The translations under genes and the position numbers were made by a program. From assembly GCA_009859145.1 (NCBI GenBank), contig VRVR01000044.1:124001-188000 (forward strand): 64,000 bases of DNA, in the 5' to 3' direction. Numbering within the stretch: position 1 is the first letter of the stretch; each line of letters opens with the position of its first letter. The notes beneath the pieces were generated by a model. It was not told the origin of the DNA. It made no database searches and was given only the letters and a program-made list of their open reading frames with translations. This DNA comes from Andalucia godoyi And28 (lineage: Eukaryota > Protista > Jakobida). Shown here piece after piece: positions 20,964 through 31,306 of this stretch.

Positions 20964-21054
20964 TCGTCTCTTTTTGTTATTTTTTCTTCTCCTGATACTC
21001 TGACAATCTTTGGATTTCACAAGTATTTTTTCCAATAATGCTGCACAGACAGGC

Positions 21055-21058
<4 letters not shown>

Positions 21059-21098
<40 letters not shown>
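21059..21098 (+). repeat. (AG)n microsatellite in the ~140-bp divergent intergenic gap
   Basis: Lies between the ATG at 20963 (-) and the ATG at 21106 (+). Confidence 0.9.
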
Positions 21099-21100
<2 letters not shown>

Positions 21101-21105
21101 TGCGA

Positions 21106-22347
21106 ATGATCAGCATAAAGAACATTCCGTCATTTTCTCTGTGGTCTCTGTTAGCATCTGGACTTGCGGTTCGCTTGCTTCTGATTGCATATAGCATATA
21201 CCACGATGCGCACTTCATTGTAAAGTACACCGACATTGACTATGTCGTGTTTTCAGATGCAGCGAGGTTCATGGCGATTGGCGAGTCTCCTTTCCAGCGG
21301 TCGACGTACCGGTATACCCCGCTCTTGGCCCAGATGCTGATTCCCAACATCACACTTCACATGGCATTTGGAAAGGTGCTTTTTGCATTGTTTGACTTGG
21401 CTATAGGATACTTGTTGTATGCTATCGTATCGATGGTTCTGACACCGCCTTCTTCTTCAAACAGCGCGAGAGCAGCGGCGTCTGCTGCAGACTTGTCAAA
21501 GCAGGCATTGGTATATGCAGCAGTGTACGTTCTAAACCCATTTATTATCAACGTTTCGACCCGCGGAAATGCGGATGCATTGCCGTCGTTGTTTGTGCTG
21601 CTCTGTCTTTACTGTTTTGCAAAAAGGAAGTGGACGTTGTCGGCGGTTGCTTTCGGAGTGGCCGTTCACGTCAAGATCTATCCGATCGTTTATGCACTGG
21701 TTCTCTATTTGTCGATTCCGACCAGGATCAAGGACCAAAAGCACGGCTTGCGATTCTGGATGCGATACATGTTGGAGCGCGACCGAATCATGTTTGCACT
21801 TGTGGCTGCGGGCACCTTCATTGCATTGACTGCGTATTATTACACGCAGTTTGGCTGGGTGTTCCTCTATGAAACGTACCTGTATCACTTGGTGAGGTCT
21901 GATCATCGACACAACTTTTCAGTGTACTTTTACCAACTATACTTGTCTCCAGCGTCCGTCCTCAGTTCATTGGCGTTCGTACCGCAATTGGCACTCATCC
22001 TGGCCACTTCATTCAAGTACCGGCGAGACCCGATCTTTGCGTGCTTCTTGCTCACCCTGGTGTTTGTCGCCTTCAACAAGGTATGCACTGTGCAGTATTT
22101 TGTCTGGTATTTGGCGCTTCTACCGCTGGTACTTCCTAGCATGCACATGAAACTCCGCACTGCTGTGAGCACGGTCGGATCGTTTGTCGTCGCTATGGGG
22201 CTCTGGCTCTTTGCAGCATTTCTTCTTGAATTCAAGGGTGCACAGACATTTTTGTATGTCTGGGCAGCAGGACTCGCCTTCTTTGCAGCCAATATGGCAG
22301 TCGCGGTTGCCTGTGTTCGTTCCTATGTATCTCGCCCGCTGTTCTGA
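21106..22347 (+). CDS. PIGM: GPI alpha-1,4-mannosyltransferase I
   Basis: VKYTDIDYVVFSDAA, SPFQRSTYRYTPLLA, STRGNAD, HVKIYPIVY, YLYHLVRSDHRHNFSVYFY and FVAFNKVCTVQYFVWYL motifs. Confidence 0.95.
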   Translation: MISIKNIPSFSLWSLLASGLAVRLLLIAYSIYHDAHFIVKYTDIDYVVFSDAARFMAIGESPFQRSTYRYTPLLAQMLIPNITLHMAFGKVLFALFDLAIGYLLYAIVSMVLTPPSSSNSARAAASAADLSKQALVYAAVYVLNPFIINVSTRGNADALPSLFVLLCLYCFAKRKWTLSAVAFGVAVHVKIYPIVYALVLYLSIPTRIKDQKHGLRFWMRYMLERDRIMFALVAAGTFIALTAYYYTQFGWVFLYETYLYHLVRSDHRHNFSVYFYQLYLSPASVLSSLAFVPQLALILATSFKYRRDPIFACFLLTLVFVAFNKVCTVQYFVWYLALLPLVLPSMHMKLRTAVSTVGSFVVAMGLWLFAAFLLEFKGAQTFLYVWAAGLAFFAANMAVAVACVRSYVSRPLF

Positions 22348-22622
22348 GTCCGAGCATGGGGCTTCCCCCCCCTCCTATCATCTTTTCCACCACCCAACAT
22401 CTTATCCGTTTTTGTTGCATTCTCCGCCCTCGACCGCTCTCGCTCTCCCCTTTCCTGTTGATGCATTCACCAGAGCAGTCATTGCTAAAGCTCCTATTTT
22501 ACAAAGTTTACCGGTTTTTTTCTTCTGTTTTGTTTTGGAATGTCATTTTTAATTGGAAGAAAGAAAAAGGACAGAGAGCATAAACGATAATACAAAACGG
22601 GGAACATGCAACGATGCATCAA

Positions 22623-23243
22623 CTAACTGTCCTCGTCGTCGCCGGACGGAGGTGGATTTGGCGAAGGTGCATCTGGTGTATCTAGATAACTTGGATCGAC
22701 TCCTTCTGAAGCCATTTTCCCCTTGACGACTTGCTCAGGGACTCCGAACTTGACCATTTTGAGATACCTGATGAAGACCGGGTCGTCTTTCACCTTGAAC
22801 ACACCTGCGTCGCTTGTTGCAGGTACAGGAGCTTGCGGAGCTGCTGGCGCACCTCCTGGTGGTGGTGGAGGAGGAGGGGGAGGGGGAGGGCCGCCTGAAC
22901 CAGGCATTGGTGGTGGTGGTGGTGGCGGTGGCGGACCACCGGATGAAGAGGTCGATGCTGGGGCGGAGCTCATCGATGTGGAAGAAGGTGCATTTGCAGC
23001 AGTAATGTTTGCGAGCTCTGGAACAGATGCCAGTTTGGCTTCCAGAACACGAACGAGCGCCTCGAGCCTTTGCATGTCACGTTCGACAGCATGCAATCGG
23101 GCTTCACTCATGGATGCGAATCGATTGAGAAAGCCGACACATTGGACGATCATGTTGTTGATTGCTTCGACATTTCGCCGAGGCGCAATTCCTTCCATTC
23201 CGGTGTCGGACGGTGCCATTTGTGTCGATGCACTTTGCTCCAT
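22623..23243 (-). CDS. WASHC3: WASH complex subunit 3 (CCDC53)
   Basis: FLNRFASMSEARL...LEALVRVLEAKLASVP coiled coil, poly-Pro linker, KVKDDPVFIRYLKMVKFGVPEQVVKGKMASEGVDPSYLD. The start codon is uncertain. Confidence 0.88.
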   Translation of the reverse strand: MEQSASTQMAPSDTGMEGIAPRRNVEAINNMIVQCVGFLNRFASMSEARLHAVERDMQRLEALVRVLEAKLASVPELANITAANAPSSTSMSSAPASTSSSGGPPPPPPPPPMPGSGGPPPPPPPPPPPGGAPAAPQAPVPATSDAGVFKVKDDPVFIRYLKMVKFGVPEQVVKGKMASEGVDPSYLDTPDAPSPNPPPSGDDEDS

Positions 23244-23555
23244 CTCTTGGCTGGCGCTCCCGTTTCTATCCTCCCGTTCGTTTGTTCGGCACACACTGTC
23301 AAACCCACATTAGACGAAAATTCAATATAGATAAAATGAAAAAAAAAGGCCTCTTTGGCGCAGTTTCTCCCGACATTAAACTACAGCGTCGACAACCAAT
23401 GTCTCGTGGGAACACGGAGGGAGGGGGACCAAGAGCTGACAAAGCCCGCGTGAAAGCTGAAAGACGTACGATAATCAGTAAATAAATATATAATATGTCT
23501 ATTGTAGAATTACATTCTAGGTTGCAATATTTCTTAATTTTGGTAAGGAAGAAAT

Positions 23556-24835
23556 CTAGTAAGCATCCGGAGGGAAATCCAGAATGTCGGGTCCTTCGTC
23601 ACTTGCAGTGTCAACGGAGCGCTGGATTCTGTGCACAACGCGCTGCGGATCGCCTGTGCGATTTCCAAACAGGGACCCAAGGGTGATGAGCCAGCCACTT
23701 TCTTGAAGGTGCTCCAGCATGACTGCCTGTTCCGGATGAAGGAGTCCAACGGCTTCTGGCTCCACGTTGTCACTCCCCGGCACAAACCGTGCATGATTCT
23801 CCGAGTCTCGAGAGTGTGAGGAAGAAAGACTGGTGCCATCATCCAAGTGGCCCGTCGGGGAATGTTGTGGTACCTTTGATGCTTTCTTGTACGTTTGAAA
23901 TCCGATGATTCCAGATGCACAAAGAATCATGCCAACCACGCCGAACACATCGATCGATTCTCCCAGAAGCAGTATACCTGCCGCGACCAGGATGACCTCC
24001 TTGGAAACTGCAGTGACTGAAAGCGTAAGTCCTGATGCGTGGTGAATTACTGCAAGTTCCGAGACATTCAGCGCGACCGCTAGAACAGCCCCCAGAAAAA
24101 TCATCAGTGCGAAGAAAAGCAACGTTGAAGACGACGATTGACTGACATACTCCAGCAGGACAGGCGACTCCAGCATGCATGCAAAAGGAATTAGCCCAAG
24201 TGCACACACCGGGGCCGTGTAGTGCAGCACGGCGATGGATGAGAGTCTCCGCGAACCCGACGGCGATCCATTTGCAGCCGTGTTGGAGTCCGCCTGTCGA
24301 CGTTGTCGTCGTCGTCGCTGCTGCTCTTGTTCTTGTTGCATCCTGCGAATCCGATTGGTGGCGGCATCTTGGTGAGCAAAGGGTCTTGATCTCATCGCGA
24401 GCTGGTTCAGACAAGCCCGGAGAGCGCCACAGCAAATAGCAAACGCGACAAACAAAGACCCGACCATGTCCCATGGCCTTGTCGTGTTGTCTGTGTCATC
24501 GCACTCCGTGAAGACACACGTCATGGCTCCCGATCCGAGTACTGAGCCGGCGACGAGCACGAGGACGGCACTTGCAAGCGGGAGCGTAAACTTTTCCAGG
24601 CGGAACAAAAAGACGGCTGCAAGAAGGGTGATTGCTGGTCCTGCAGCCTTGATCATCGTGAACTGTGACACTGCAATTCGCGAGAGAGCCAGATTAGAAA
24701 GCCCGAAGTCCGCTGCTGTCAGAAACCCTATTGGAACCAGAAACTGCAGATAGAAATGCAACGACACTGACGGAATCCCATCGTCATCATCATCTTCGAT
24801 GTCGGCGTCATCGTCATGATAACTGCTACTCCTAT

Positions 24836-24877
<42 letters not shown>

Positions 24878-25211
24878 CACTACCACTACTACTACTGTTG
24901 TGGATGTCCTGTTGAGGGGAAGTGACTGTTTCAGAGGGGTGCCGTGTCGTAGACGCAGGTGCCTGTGGACTTGGAGATGCGCTGGGAGGAGTCTGTTTGT
25001 TGAGTTTTGCCAAATGTGTACGCTTCGCAATGACCAAAGAGGCGGTGAAGTTGGTCAACATGTGGATCATTGTGATGGAAAGCGGCGCCCGAACAGTGAC
25101 GGCGAACAGCATCTTATTAAACAGAGTCAATCCAATAGATAAGCACACATACGACAGCAGCAAAAGAGCAGAAAACACTGGATTATTACTCGCTTCTGCA
25201 TTATTCACCAT
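23556..25211 (-). CDS. Nucleotide-sugar transporter, triose-phosphate-transporter family (SLC35C2/Ymd8-like)
   Basis: SIGLTLFNKMLF, LVPIGFLTAADFGLSNLAL, FTMIKAAGP, FRLEK, LSVTAVSKEV motifs; about ten TM segments; poly-Ser insert from a (TAC)n tract. Confidence 0.85.
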
Positions 25212-25466
25212 CTTTCTTCTTGTTCTTCTTTCTTGGCAAACCTCGATGTTTCTTTTTTTAATTTATCCGTTCATTATTATCCTCGCTGTTCTTTTGTCGG
25301 TGTTATGGAATCTCGCAAAAGCGCCCAACTGGTTCCCGAATCGCTGTTCAAAACCCTCCAAGATGCCACCAGCAGTCCAGTATCCAAAAACAAAAAACAT
25401 GAGTCTTTACGACAACTTGGGTGTCGGAAATTTCCCTTGCAATCTTCCGAAGTCGAAATTGCCGCT

Positions 25467-26182
25467 ACCGCTAATTGCGATATGATGAAGCAATCTACAG
25501 CGCACGCCAACAAAACCACTGCCACGCGCCATGCGCATGCGTTTATTATCTTAAGCAACTCCGTCACACGATGCCCGATTCGTTTCGCCCCAATTTGATC
25601 ATGAAATCCCTATAAACACGCCGCCGCGTGGCATTCTCGCACAGCGACGCTCATTTCTTATTTTTATTGTTATTTTTATTGTCCATGCAACGCACCATGT
25701 ACGTCACGCCCGCAACGCTGCGGCAAGATCTGTGACATCTCCACCGCCACCTTCCGGCGCTGGGCCGCCGCCAGGAAAGATTGCCAAGGCGATAACAACG
25801 TGACAGATGTTGACGTGGGCCCATCATCAATTCCAGCAGCGGCTGCTCTTCAAATCGCGCGAATTCGCAGGGCGGCAGGCGTCGATTGTGACTTGTGACG
25901 GAGGAGTACGCGTCTAAAAGGTGCGGCCGTTGCGGGGGGAAATCCATCGCAAGTTGTGTGGAAGCAAGGTGTGTTTTGCTGTCCATCGTGCAAATGCACG
26001 CTCGACCGCGATTGGAACGGCGCGTGCAACATCCACATCTATCTTAGGAACGTCTCTCATGCCGAGGGGCGTGTTGGGGCCTACCCCCTTCCCAATCATG
26101 CTATGCATGTTGTTGGGTTGCAGCATTGATTATGGGTGATCAGCGATGATTATGCGTGGTTAGTGTACAATGTAGGCGCTCG
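25467..26182 (+). mobile_element. Internally deleted IS607-type TnpA + Fanzor2 element, copy B
   Basis: The left ~270 bp is near-identical to 53630-53910. The TnpA HTH remnant (MYVTPATLR/KICDISTATFRRWAAA) is joined to the Fanzor C-terminal half (MLTWAHHQFQQRLLFKSREF...TEEYASKRCGRCG..EIHRKLCGSKV..FCCPSCKCTLDRDWNGACNI). The right end is shared with copies A and C. Confidence 0.85.
26068..26182 (+). ncRNA. Putative omegaRNA scaffold core of copy B
   Basis: GGCGTGTTGGGGCCTACCCCCTTC ... AATCATGCTATGCA/TGCAGCATTGATT imperfect hairpin ... TAGTGTACAATGTAGGC. Confidence 0.6.
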
Positions 26183-26367
26183 ACTCTCCAGTCTGGACTC
26201 TAAAGAGATTCGTGAGTAACGTCTGTAACCATACAATTCGTTTTAACCGGGACATCTGTACTCGGGTACGACTCATCGTGGCTTTTTTCCGGTTTCGATT
26301 TCCCAAAGCTTTACACTGTATCATCGAGTTTTCCACTTTTTGGTTTTGGCGTCGGTTTTTCATTCGT

Positions 26368-26371
<4 letters not shown>

Positions 26372-26463
<92 letters not shown>
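26372..26463 (+). repeat. (CT)n microsatellite, ~90 bp
   Basis: Perfect CT run ending about 40 bp upstream of the ATG at 26501. Confidence 0.95.
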
Positions 26464-26466
<3 letters not shown>

Positions 26467-26500
26467 GACACGCATCTGCTCAGGATAAAATAACGCGGGA

Positions 26501-28228
26501 ATGAAGAAGCTGTTTTACTACAAATGTGTAGAGGGCGACACACTGTCGAGAATAGCAGTGCGGTATGGATCAACTGTGCCGCAGCTGAACCAGCTGAACA
26601 GATCGATTCCGGGTGACGTGTTTCCCGGACTTGTGATTCGCATTAGCTGTGATGCAGACAATCATTTCGAAGGATTGTTAGAGGATCTCCCGCTACCGTC
26701 AGTTTCCAGTGCCCCACCTCTTTCCAGCAGTTCGAGCAGCAATGGGAATGCCAGCAGTGGCGAGAATCGGTCGTTTGGGTTTTCAGTCTCGGGATCGCCT
26801 CCATCAGCTCCCATGCCGATATTTGGGACTTCGGCGCCCATGACGAGGCAACGCTCGGTGTCTTCTGGGCTTGCTCCCTCTGAGGCAACCGTCAAGGTTT
26901 CCAGCTCGCCGCCAGATGTTTCACCTGCAGGCTTCCAGTACTACATTTCGTCGTCGTTTGCAAACTTGCCGTTCTTTGGAAATCGGGGCAATTCTAGCAG
27001 CAGCAATAGCAACAACAGCAGCAGTACTGCTGGTAATGAGAAGAGGCTTGTTGCGGACAGCCCGTCTTCTCTCGGCTCGTCCTATTCGGAAATTGACTCG
27101 TCTCATGATTATGTTGTCGCAGGACCGGCAACGTTTTCTCCTGCTGTCTCGCGAACGCCCAGTCCAGTCTTTTCCGAAAGAGACTTGGAAAAAGCGAGGG
27201 GAAAAGAAAAGACAAAGGAGAGGGAGAGGGAAAAGGAGAGGGAAAAGGAGAGGGAGAGGGAAAAGGAGAGGGAGAGAGAAAAGGAGAGGGATCGGCGCAA
27301 GGAAAAGCCCGCGTCGTCGAGATCGTCGTCCAACGAGGAGAAGAAACACGATCCGGACTACGTCTTTGTGACCGATGAAATCATCCATCAGATTGAAATT
27401 GCCAACCAGCCGAGACCTGTGTGGCACACCGCAAGAGTTCCAGCTGTTGTCTGTGGCGAGGAATTGCTGTTGACGGAGAGCCACAAGAAGCAAATCGTGT
27501 CGCAGCTGCCGATGCTTGCGCGCCACGATGACTGGCTCTGTGTGTATTCGACGTCAAGCCATGGATTCTCAATCCAAACATTATACAGAAGAGCTCATGA
27601 AATGGGATCCTTGATTCTCGTCATCAAGCCGAGACGATTCGTCCGACAAGTCGTGCGCGCACACGTGGCGGTTGAGGCCTCTGAATCCTCTACCTCGGCA
27701 TCATCTGCATCATCATCGGCAGCGACATCCTCAGAAGGAAGTACAACTCCAAAGTCGGAGATGCCAAAGCCAGTGTCTCACGAGGATGACGAGCTCATTT
27801 TCGGTGCATTCTTGTCGGAGCCGATCCATCCTGGCCACAAGTATTATGGAACAGGGGAATCGTTTGTTTTTCGACAGAATTCTACCAACGCGGAACTGCT
27901 CGATATTTTCCGATGGAGTCACAAGAATGCCTGTTTCATTCTTTCTAAGGACGGCACCATGCTCGCGATCGGCGCAAATGGATATGCAATCAGCCTTGAT
28001 CGCGATTTGGAATGCGGGAGGTCCTCGTTTTGCGAGACATTCGACTCTCCTCCCTTGGTCCACCACCAGCGTCAAACGGATTTCTCTGAGACTATGGGAG
28101 ACGAAGAGTTATTTGAAGTGGAAGTCCTTGAAGCATACACCCTTTACAAACCAAGAAATCAACATCATAAGGCGTTCGTAGCACAGTGGGAACGTGACAA
28201 GCAAAACTTGAAATATTTTATGCGATAG
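26501..28228 (+). CDS. OXR1: LysM + TLDc protein (OXR1/NCOA7 family)
   Basis: N-terminal LysM YKCVEGDTLSRIAVRYGSTVPQLNQLNR; TLDc WLCVYSTSSHGFSIQTLYRR...IFGAFLSE...YYGTGESFVF...FRWSHKNACF...LDRDLECGRSSFCETFDSPPL...FEVEVLEAY. Confidence 0.9.
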   Translation: MKKLFYYKCVEGDTLSRIAVRYGSTVPQLNQLNRSIPGDVFPGLVIRISCDADNHFEGLLEDLPLPSVSSAPPLSSSSSSNGNASSGENRSFGFSVSGSPPSAPMPIFGTSAPMTRQRSVSSGLAPSEATVKVSSSPPDVSPAGFQYYISSSFANLPFFGNRGNSSSSNSNNSSSTAGNEKRLVADSPSSLGSSYSEIDSSHDYVVAGPATFSPAVSRTPSPVFSERDLEKARGKEKTKEREREKEREKEREREKEREREKERDRRKEKPASSRSSSNEEKKHDPDYVFVTDEIIHQIEIANQPRPVWHTARVPAVVCGEELLLTESHKKQIVSQLPMLARHDDWLCVYSTSSHGFSIQTLYRRAHEMGSLILVIKPRRFVRQVVRAHVAVEASESSTSASSASSSAATSSEGSTTPKSEMPKPVSHEDDELIFGAFLSEPIHPGHKYYGTGESFVFRQNSTNAELLDIFRWSHKNACFILSKDGTMLAIGANGYAISLDRDLECGRSSFCETFDSPPLVHHQRQTDFSETMGDEELFEVEVLEAYTLYKPRNQHHKAFVAQWERDKQNLKYFMR

Positions 28229-28268
28229 ATTTTAAAATGACAATGCCTGATTGGCTTCACTGTACAAG

Positions 28269-28484
28269 TAATACCCTCCAACCCAAGCCTCTTCAAACAT
28301 TTGGCTCGCATGCTGCGCCTTAAACTTTGGCGTAAAGGAACTTTTTACAATCTGCATCAGCGCCCATCATCGATTACAAGAAATCGGTTGTCTGCATTCC
28401 ACAGTGTCTCATTGGGCCTCGACCTGCACACCTTCAGCCATACTATCCGATGTATTCACAGCCGTCCACCAGACGTTTGGGTTG
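28269..28484 (+). repeat. Dispersed repeat, internally deleted relative to 32201-32670
   Basis: 28269-28316 aligns with 32201-32248 and 28368-28484 aligns with 32552-32670; they share an identical run ATCGGTTGTCTGCATTCCACAGTGTCTCATTGGG. Confidence 0.8.
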
Positions 28485-28513
28485 GAGAATGCTGTTATAC
28501 GAAATATAAACGA

Positions 28514-31105
28514 CTACTGTATGACTTCAACTTGGCTATTCAGAAACTTGAAAAGGCCGTGGTCAATTTGGATATTGCCAGATTGGTCAACAACGGATTG
28601 AGAAGCAAGAAATTCGAATCCAGCCAAAAAGGCATTCGCGGTGGGGAAAAGAGTTGGAAATGCTTCTGATACCAATACGCTCATCGTGTCTGGTGACATG
28701 TATCGAATGCCGCTCATCGAACAACAAAACAACAGGCAAACCACACCAGCTATAGAATGGATGAGAAGCGCATCCGTCATCTGCTCGCCAGTTTCTGTCG
28801 GGATTTGTTCGACGATAGGAAGAACTTGTCCAAAGTACTTGCGCATCTTGGATATCAGCTCATACTCCACAGGAGACTGGTGTCCGCCATCAGCAGACGC
28901 AGAAGAGGTGCCATCAGCAGATACGGACGCAGGCGTCACATCAGGAACTACAGCACCAGAATTCTGGATCGGAAGAGCTCCTGAAGGAGCAGGCTTCTGC
29001 AGTTTTGCCGGAGGTGCCGTCACAATGCCATCTTGAGCATTCGATCCTCCGGGATGTTCAACAGCAATAAGAGAAATAGGGGGACCAGAGGGAGGAACTG
29101 GAATCGGTGACGAACGCGAAACCGTCGGCAGGCCTTCGACAGGCCTTGGGGCCCTATCAGACTCCACGCTCTCCAAATCGAAGCGCTTGCGGCCAATAGT
29201 AGCGCCGTTTTGCGTGTCATTGTGCACTCGATCATGCATGGTCGGCGGCGGAAATGTTGGAGAATTCGATCTTCGAGTTGCATGTGCAGCAGCAGAAGCC
29301 ATGGTGCTGTTGGGGGACACCACCGTGGGGATCTTGGGCTTCCCCAGAGCTTCCAACGTCGATCCCTTCAGTGCTGCATCGTCGTGCTTTTGCAGGACTT
29401 CAGATCCACTCCGAATAATCCGTATGAGTTCTGCAGTCACCGGATTCTTGATATCCAGTTGCGGATGGTCACCTCTACGAACGCACGATCGAAGATTCTC
29501 AACGCCTGCACTCGCACAACCACTCATGAAGACCACACCGATTGTCTTCCTCATGTAATCTGGATAAATCGCCCGCTTGGACACGGAATCAAGTTTAGTC
29601 CACCGATGCTGAAGAAACTTTTCATTCATGATGCGACTCAGCTCGGAAATCGACACCTTGCCACCGACATCCTCTCTTTCCAAAAGATACAACATGTAAA
29701 AGACATGCGGTGCATCCACTGCATGATGCGAAAATTGATATCCTCGCTTTTTCAACGCCAACGCAATTGCATAGATGCGAGAAACATCATCCGCCGTGGC
29801 TGGAGAACACAAAAGCATTTCCACATCCTTGCTAATGTTCTGGGCCAGTCGAAATCTCGACGGGCCCTCCGTGGAATCGCGGGCAGGAAGAGCACCAAGT
29901 TTCCGCGCACGGCTTTCATCCTTGCTGCCCGCCGGGCCGTCCTCGAGATCCATTTCCTCCCCAAGATCGTTCTCGTCGTCATCGGAAGAATACAACACCA
30001 CCGGGGTCGACGCATAAGAGCCATAGTCGCCCGGGGCATCGGCTGTTGGTGGAGAGAGCTGTGGCTCTGGTACTGGTTCGGAAAATCGGAACGATGATGA
30101 CACGGGAGGACTTGGTGAAACAACCAAAGTACGGCCAACAGCATTCGACGGCTGTCGAGAAAGGCCAGACGCTAAAGACGCAGACGACGTGGAGGACAAG
30201 ACAGGGGTGGAAGACAGGGTGCTTGCAAGCAACAACGATTCCTCGACAACACTCAGAAAGTACTGCAAACCAGTAAACCTTGTCGAGAACAAGATGCGTG
30301 AAGCAGACGACTGGCCGCTGAACACATATGAAGCCTGCAAGAATTCAATATAGACATTGATGTTTTCCAGCATTTCAGTTGGATATGCAGTACGCAGCAA
30401 CACCAGAAGGTGGTCTCTATCAATGGGGATATGTGCAGGGTTTGCACTTGGATCCAAGTGCAAACCCAACTGTACAAGAAAGAGCGCTGCAGCAAGAACG
30501 TGGGAAAGAGTGGTCTTCGCTTCTCGAAACGGAACCAGCGGCAAGAAGCAGTTGTGTACAGAACGAGCGATGACCCCAAACTTTTCTCTAAAGCTTTCTC
30601 GAATGACAGGGTCTTTCAGCTCGTCAGTCGAGCGAAACGGCATTCGCAAGTCCAAGTCCGATAGTTTGGCAAGTTTCGCGGCTTGTGCTATCGCCGACAA
30701 AGGCCTGTACGGAATGCATGTAGGCCAAACGACACACTCTGCGTTGATCTCCGGCTCCGAATAATCTCGGTCTGAAATAATAACTAATCTGTACCTTCGA
30801 TTAAACGAAAAGTTCTTTGCCTGTTGGATATGATGCGGGTTCAATGACACAACCACACACACTGCGCCTGCCTTTGGCAGCGGATCCGCCTGCAGATGGT
30901 GTTCTTGCACGGGCACCAACTGCTGGCGAGTCGGATTCGAAGAAGACACATCGACATAATACCCGGGGAGCAGTTCCACTCCCACCGCTCGCACCAGCAC
31001 GAGTCTTCCAAGAGAATGCAAAAACCGGAAAAACGGACCCGTCGAGTCAGCCGGGTGTGGACACGACCCCATGTCCCATAACAGTATAACAGGGACATCG
31101 ACCAT
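28514..31105 (-). CDS. NYN (PIN-like) domain protein, MARF1/limkain-like N-terminus
   Basis: 863-aa ORF. VILLWDMGSCPHP resembles the NYN strand 1 motif xxWDxxNCxxP; LVIISDRDY resembles LISGDxDF. The rest is not recognised. Confidence 0.6.
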   Translation of the reverse strand: MVDVPVILLWDMGSCPHPADSTGPFFRFLHSLGRLVLVRAVGVELLPGYYVDVSSSNPTRQQLVPVQEHHLQADPLPKAGAVCVVVSLNPHHIQQAKNFSFNRRYRLVIISDRDYSEPEINAECVVWPTCIPYRPLSAIAQAAKLAKLSDLDLRMPFRSTDELKDPVIRESFREKFGVIARSVHNCFLPLVPFREAKTTLSHVLAAALFLVQLGLHLDPSANPAHIPIDRDHLLVLLRTAYPTEMLENINVYIEFLQASYVFSGQSSASRILFSTRFTGLQYFLSVVEESLLLASTLSSTPVLSSTSSASLASGLSRQPSNAVGRTLVVSPSPPVSSSFRFSEPVPEPQLSPPTADAPGDYGSYASTPVVLYSSDDDENDLGEEMDLEDGPAGSKDESRARKLGALPARDSTEGPSRFRLAQNISKDVEMLLCSPATADDVSRIYAIALALKKRGYQFSHHAVDAPHVFYMLYLLEREDVGGKVSISELSRIMNEKFLQHRWTKLDSVSKRAIYPDYMRKTIGVVFMSGCASAGVENLRSCVRRGDHPQLDIKNPVTAELIRIIRSGSEVLQKHDDAALKGSTLEALGKPKIPTVVSPNSTMASAAAHATRRSNSPTFPPPTMHDRVHNDTQNGATIGRKRFDLESVESDRAPRPVEGLPTVSRSSPIPVPPSGPPISLIAVEHPGGSNAQDGIVTAPPAKLQKPAPSGALPIQNSGAVVPDVTPASVSADGTSSASADGGHQSPVEYELISKMRKYFGQVLPIVEQIPTETGEQMTDALLIHSIAGVVCLLFCCSMSGIRYMSPDTMSVLVSEAFPTLFPTANAFLAGFEFLASQSVVDQSGNIQIDHGLFKFLNSQVEVIQ

Positions 31106-31142
31106 GATGGGCGATGGGCGATGGGCGATGGGCGATGATTAT

Positions 31143-31146
<4 letters not shown>

Positions 31147-31200
<54 letters not shown>
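31147..31200 (+). repeat. (TA)n(CA)n microsatellite, preceded by a GATGGGC x4 tandem at ~31108-31135
   Basis: Visible directly; lies upstream of the ATG at 31105 (-). Confidence 0.85.
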
Positions 31201-31204
<4 letters not shown>

Positions 31205-31306
31205 ACAATAAGTCATAAAATAAAAATAGGAATATTGAATTTAAAACGTAATACTGTAAAATGAAACGAAAGCACAGGGCGGGAACGACAGTAATTACGG
31301 AAGGTG

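Noticed and set aside
23350-23362. E2F-like TTTGGCG motifs in several intergenic regions (also ~17135, 26345, 28326, 53455)
   Set aside because: A 7-mer whose enrichment cannot be established from one window.
24829-24896. (TAC)n tract giving poly-Tyr, poly-Thr or poly-Val ORFs
   Set aside because: It is the poly-Ser insert of the minus-strand transporter; the other ORFs are shadows.
27205-27290. Regular GAGAGGGAAAAG repeats
   Set aside because: They encode the ERE/KER low-complexity linker of OXR1; there are no spacers, so this is not a CRISPR-like array.
17874-31105. Idea that the EXD1-like exonuclease and the NYN protein form an anti-transposon system with the neighbouring Fanzor relics
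   Set aside because: They are separated by unrelated genes, and the elements appear scattered through intergenic DNA generally; proximity alone is not evidence.
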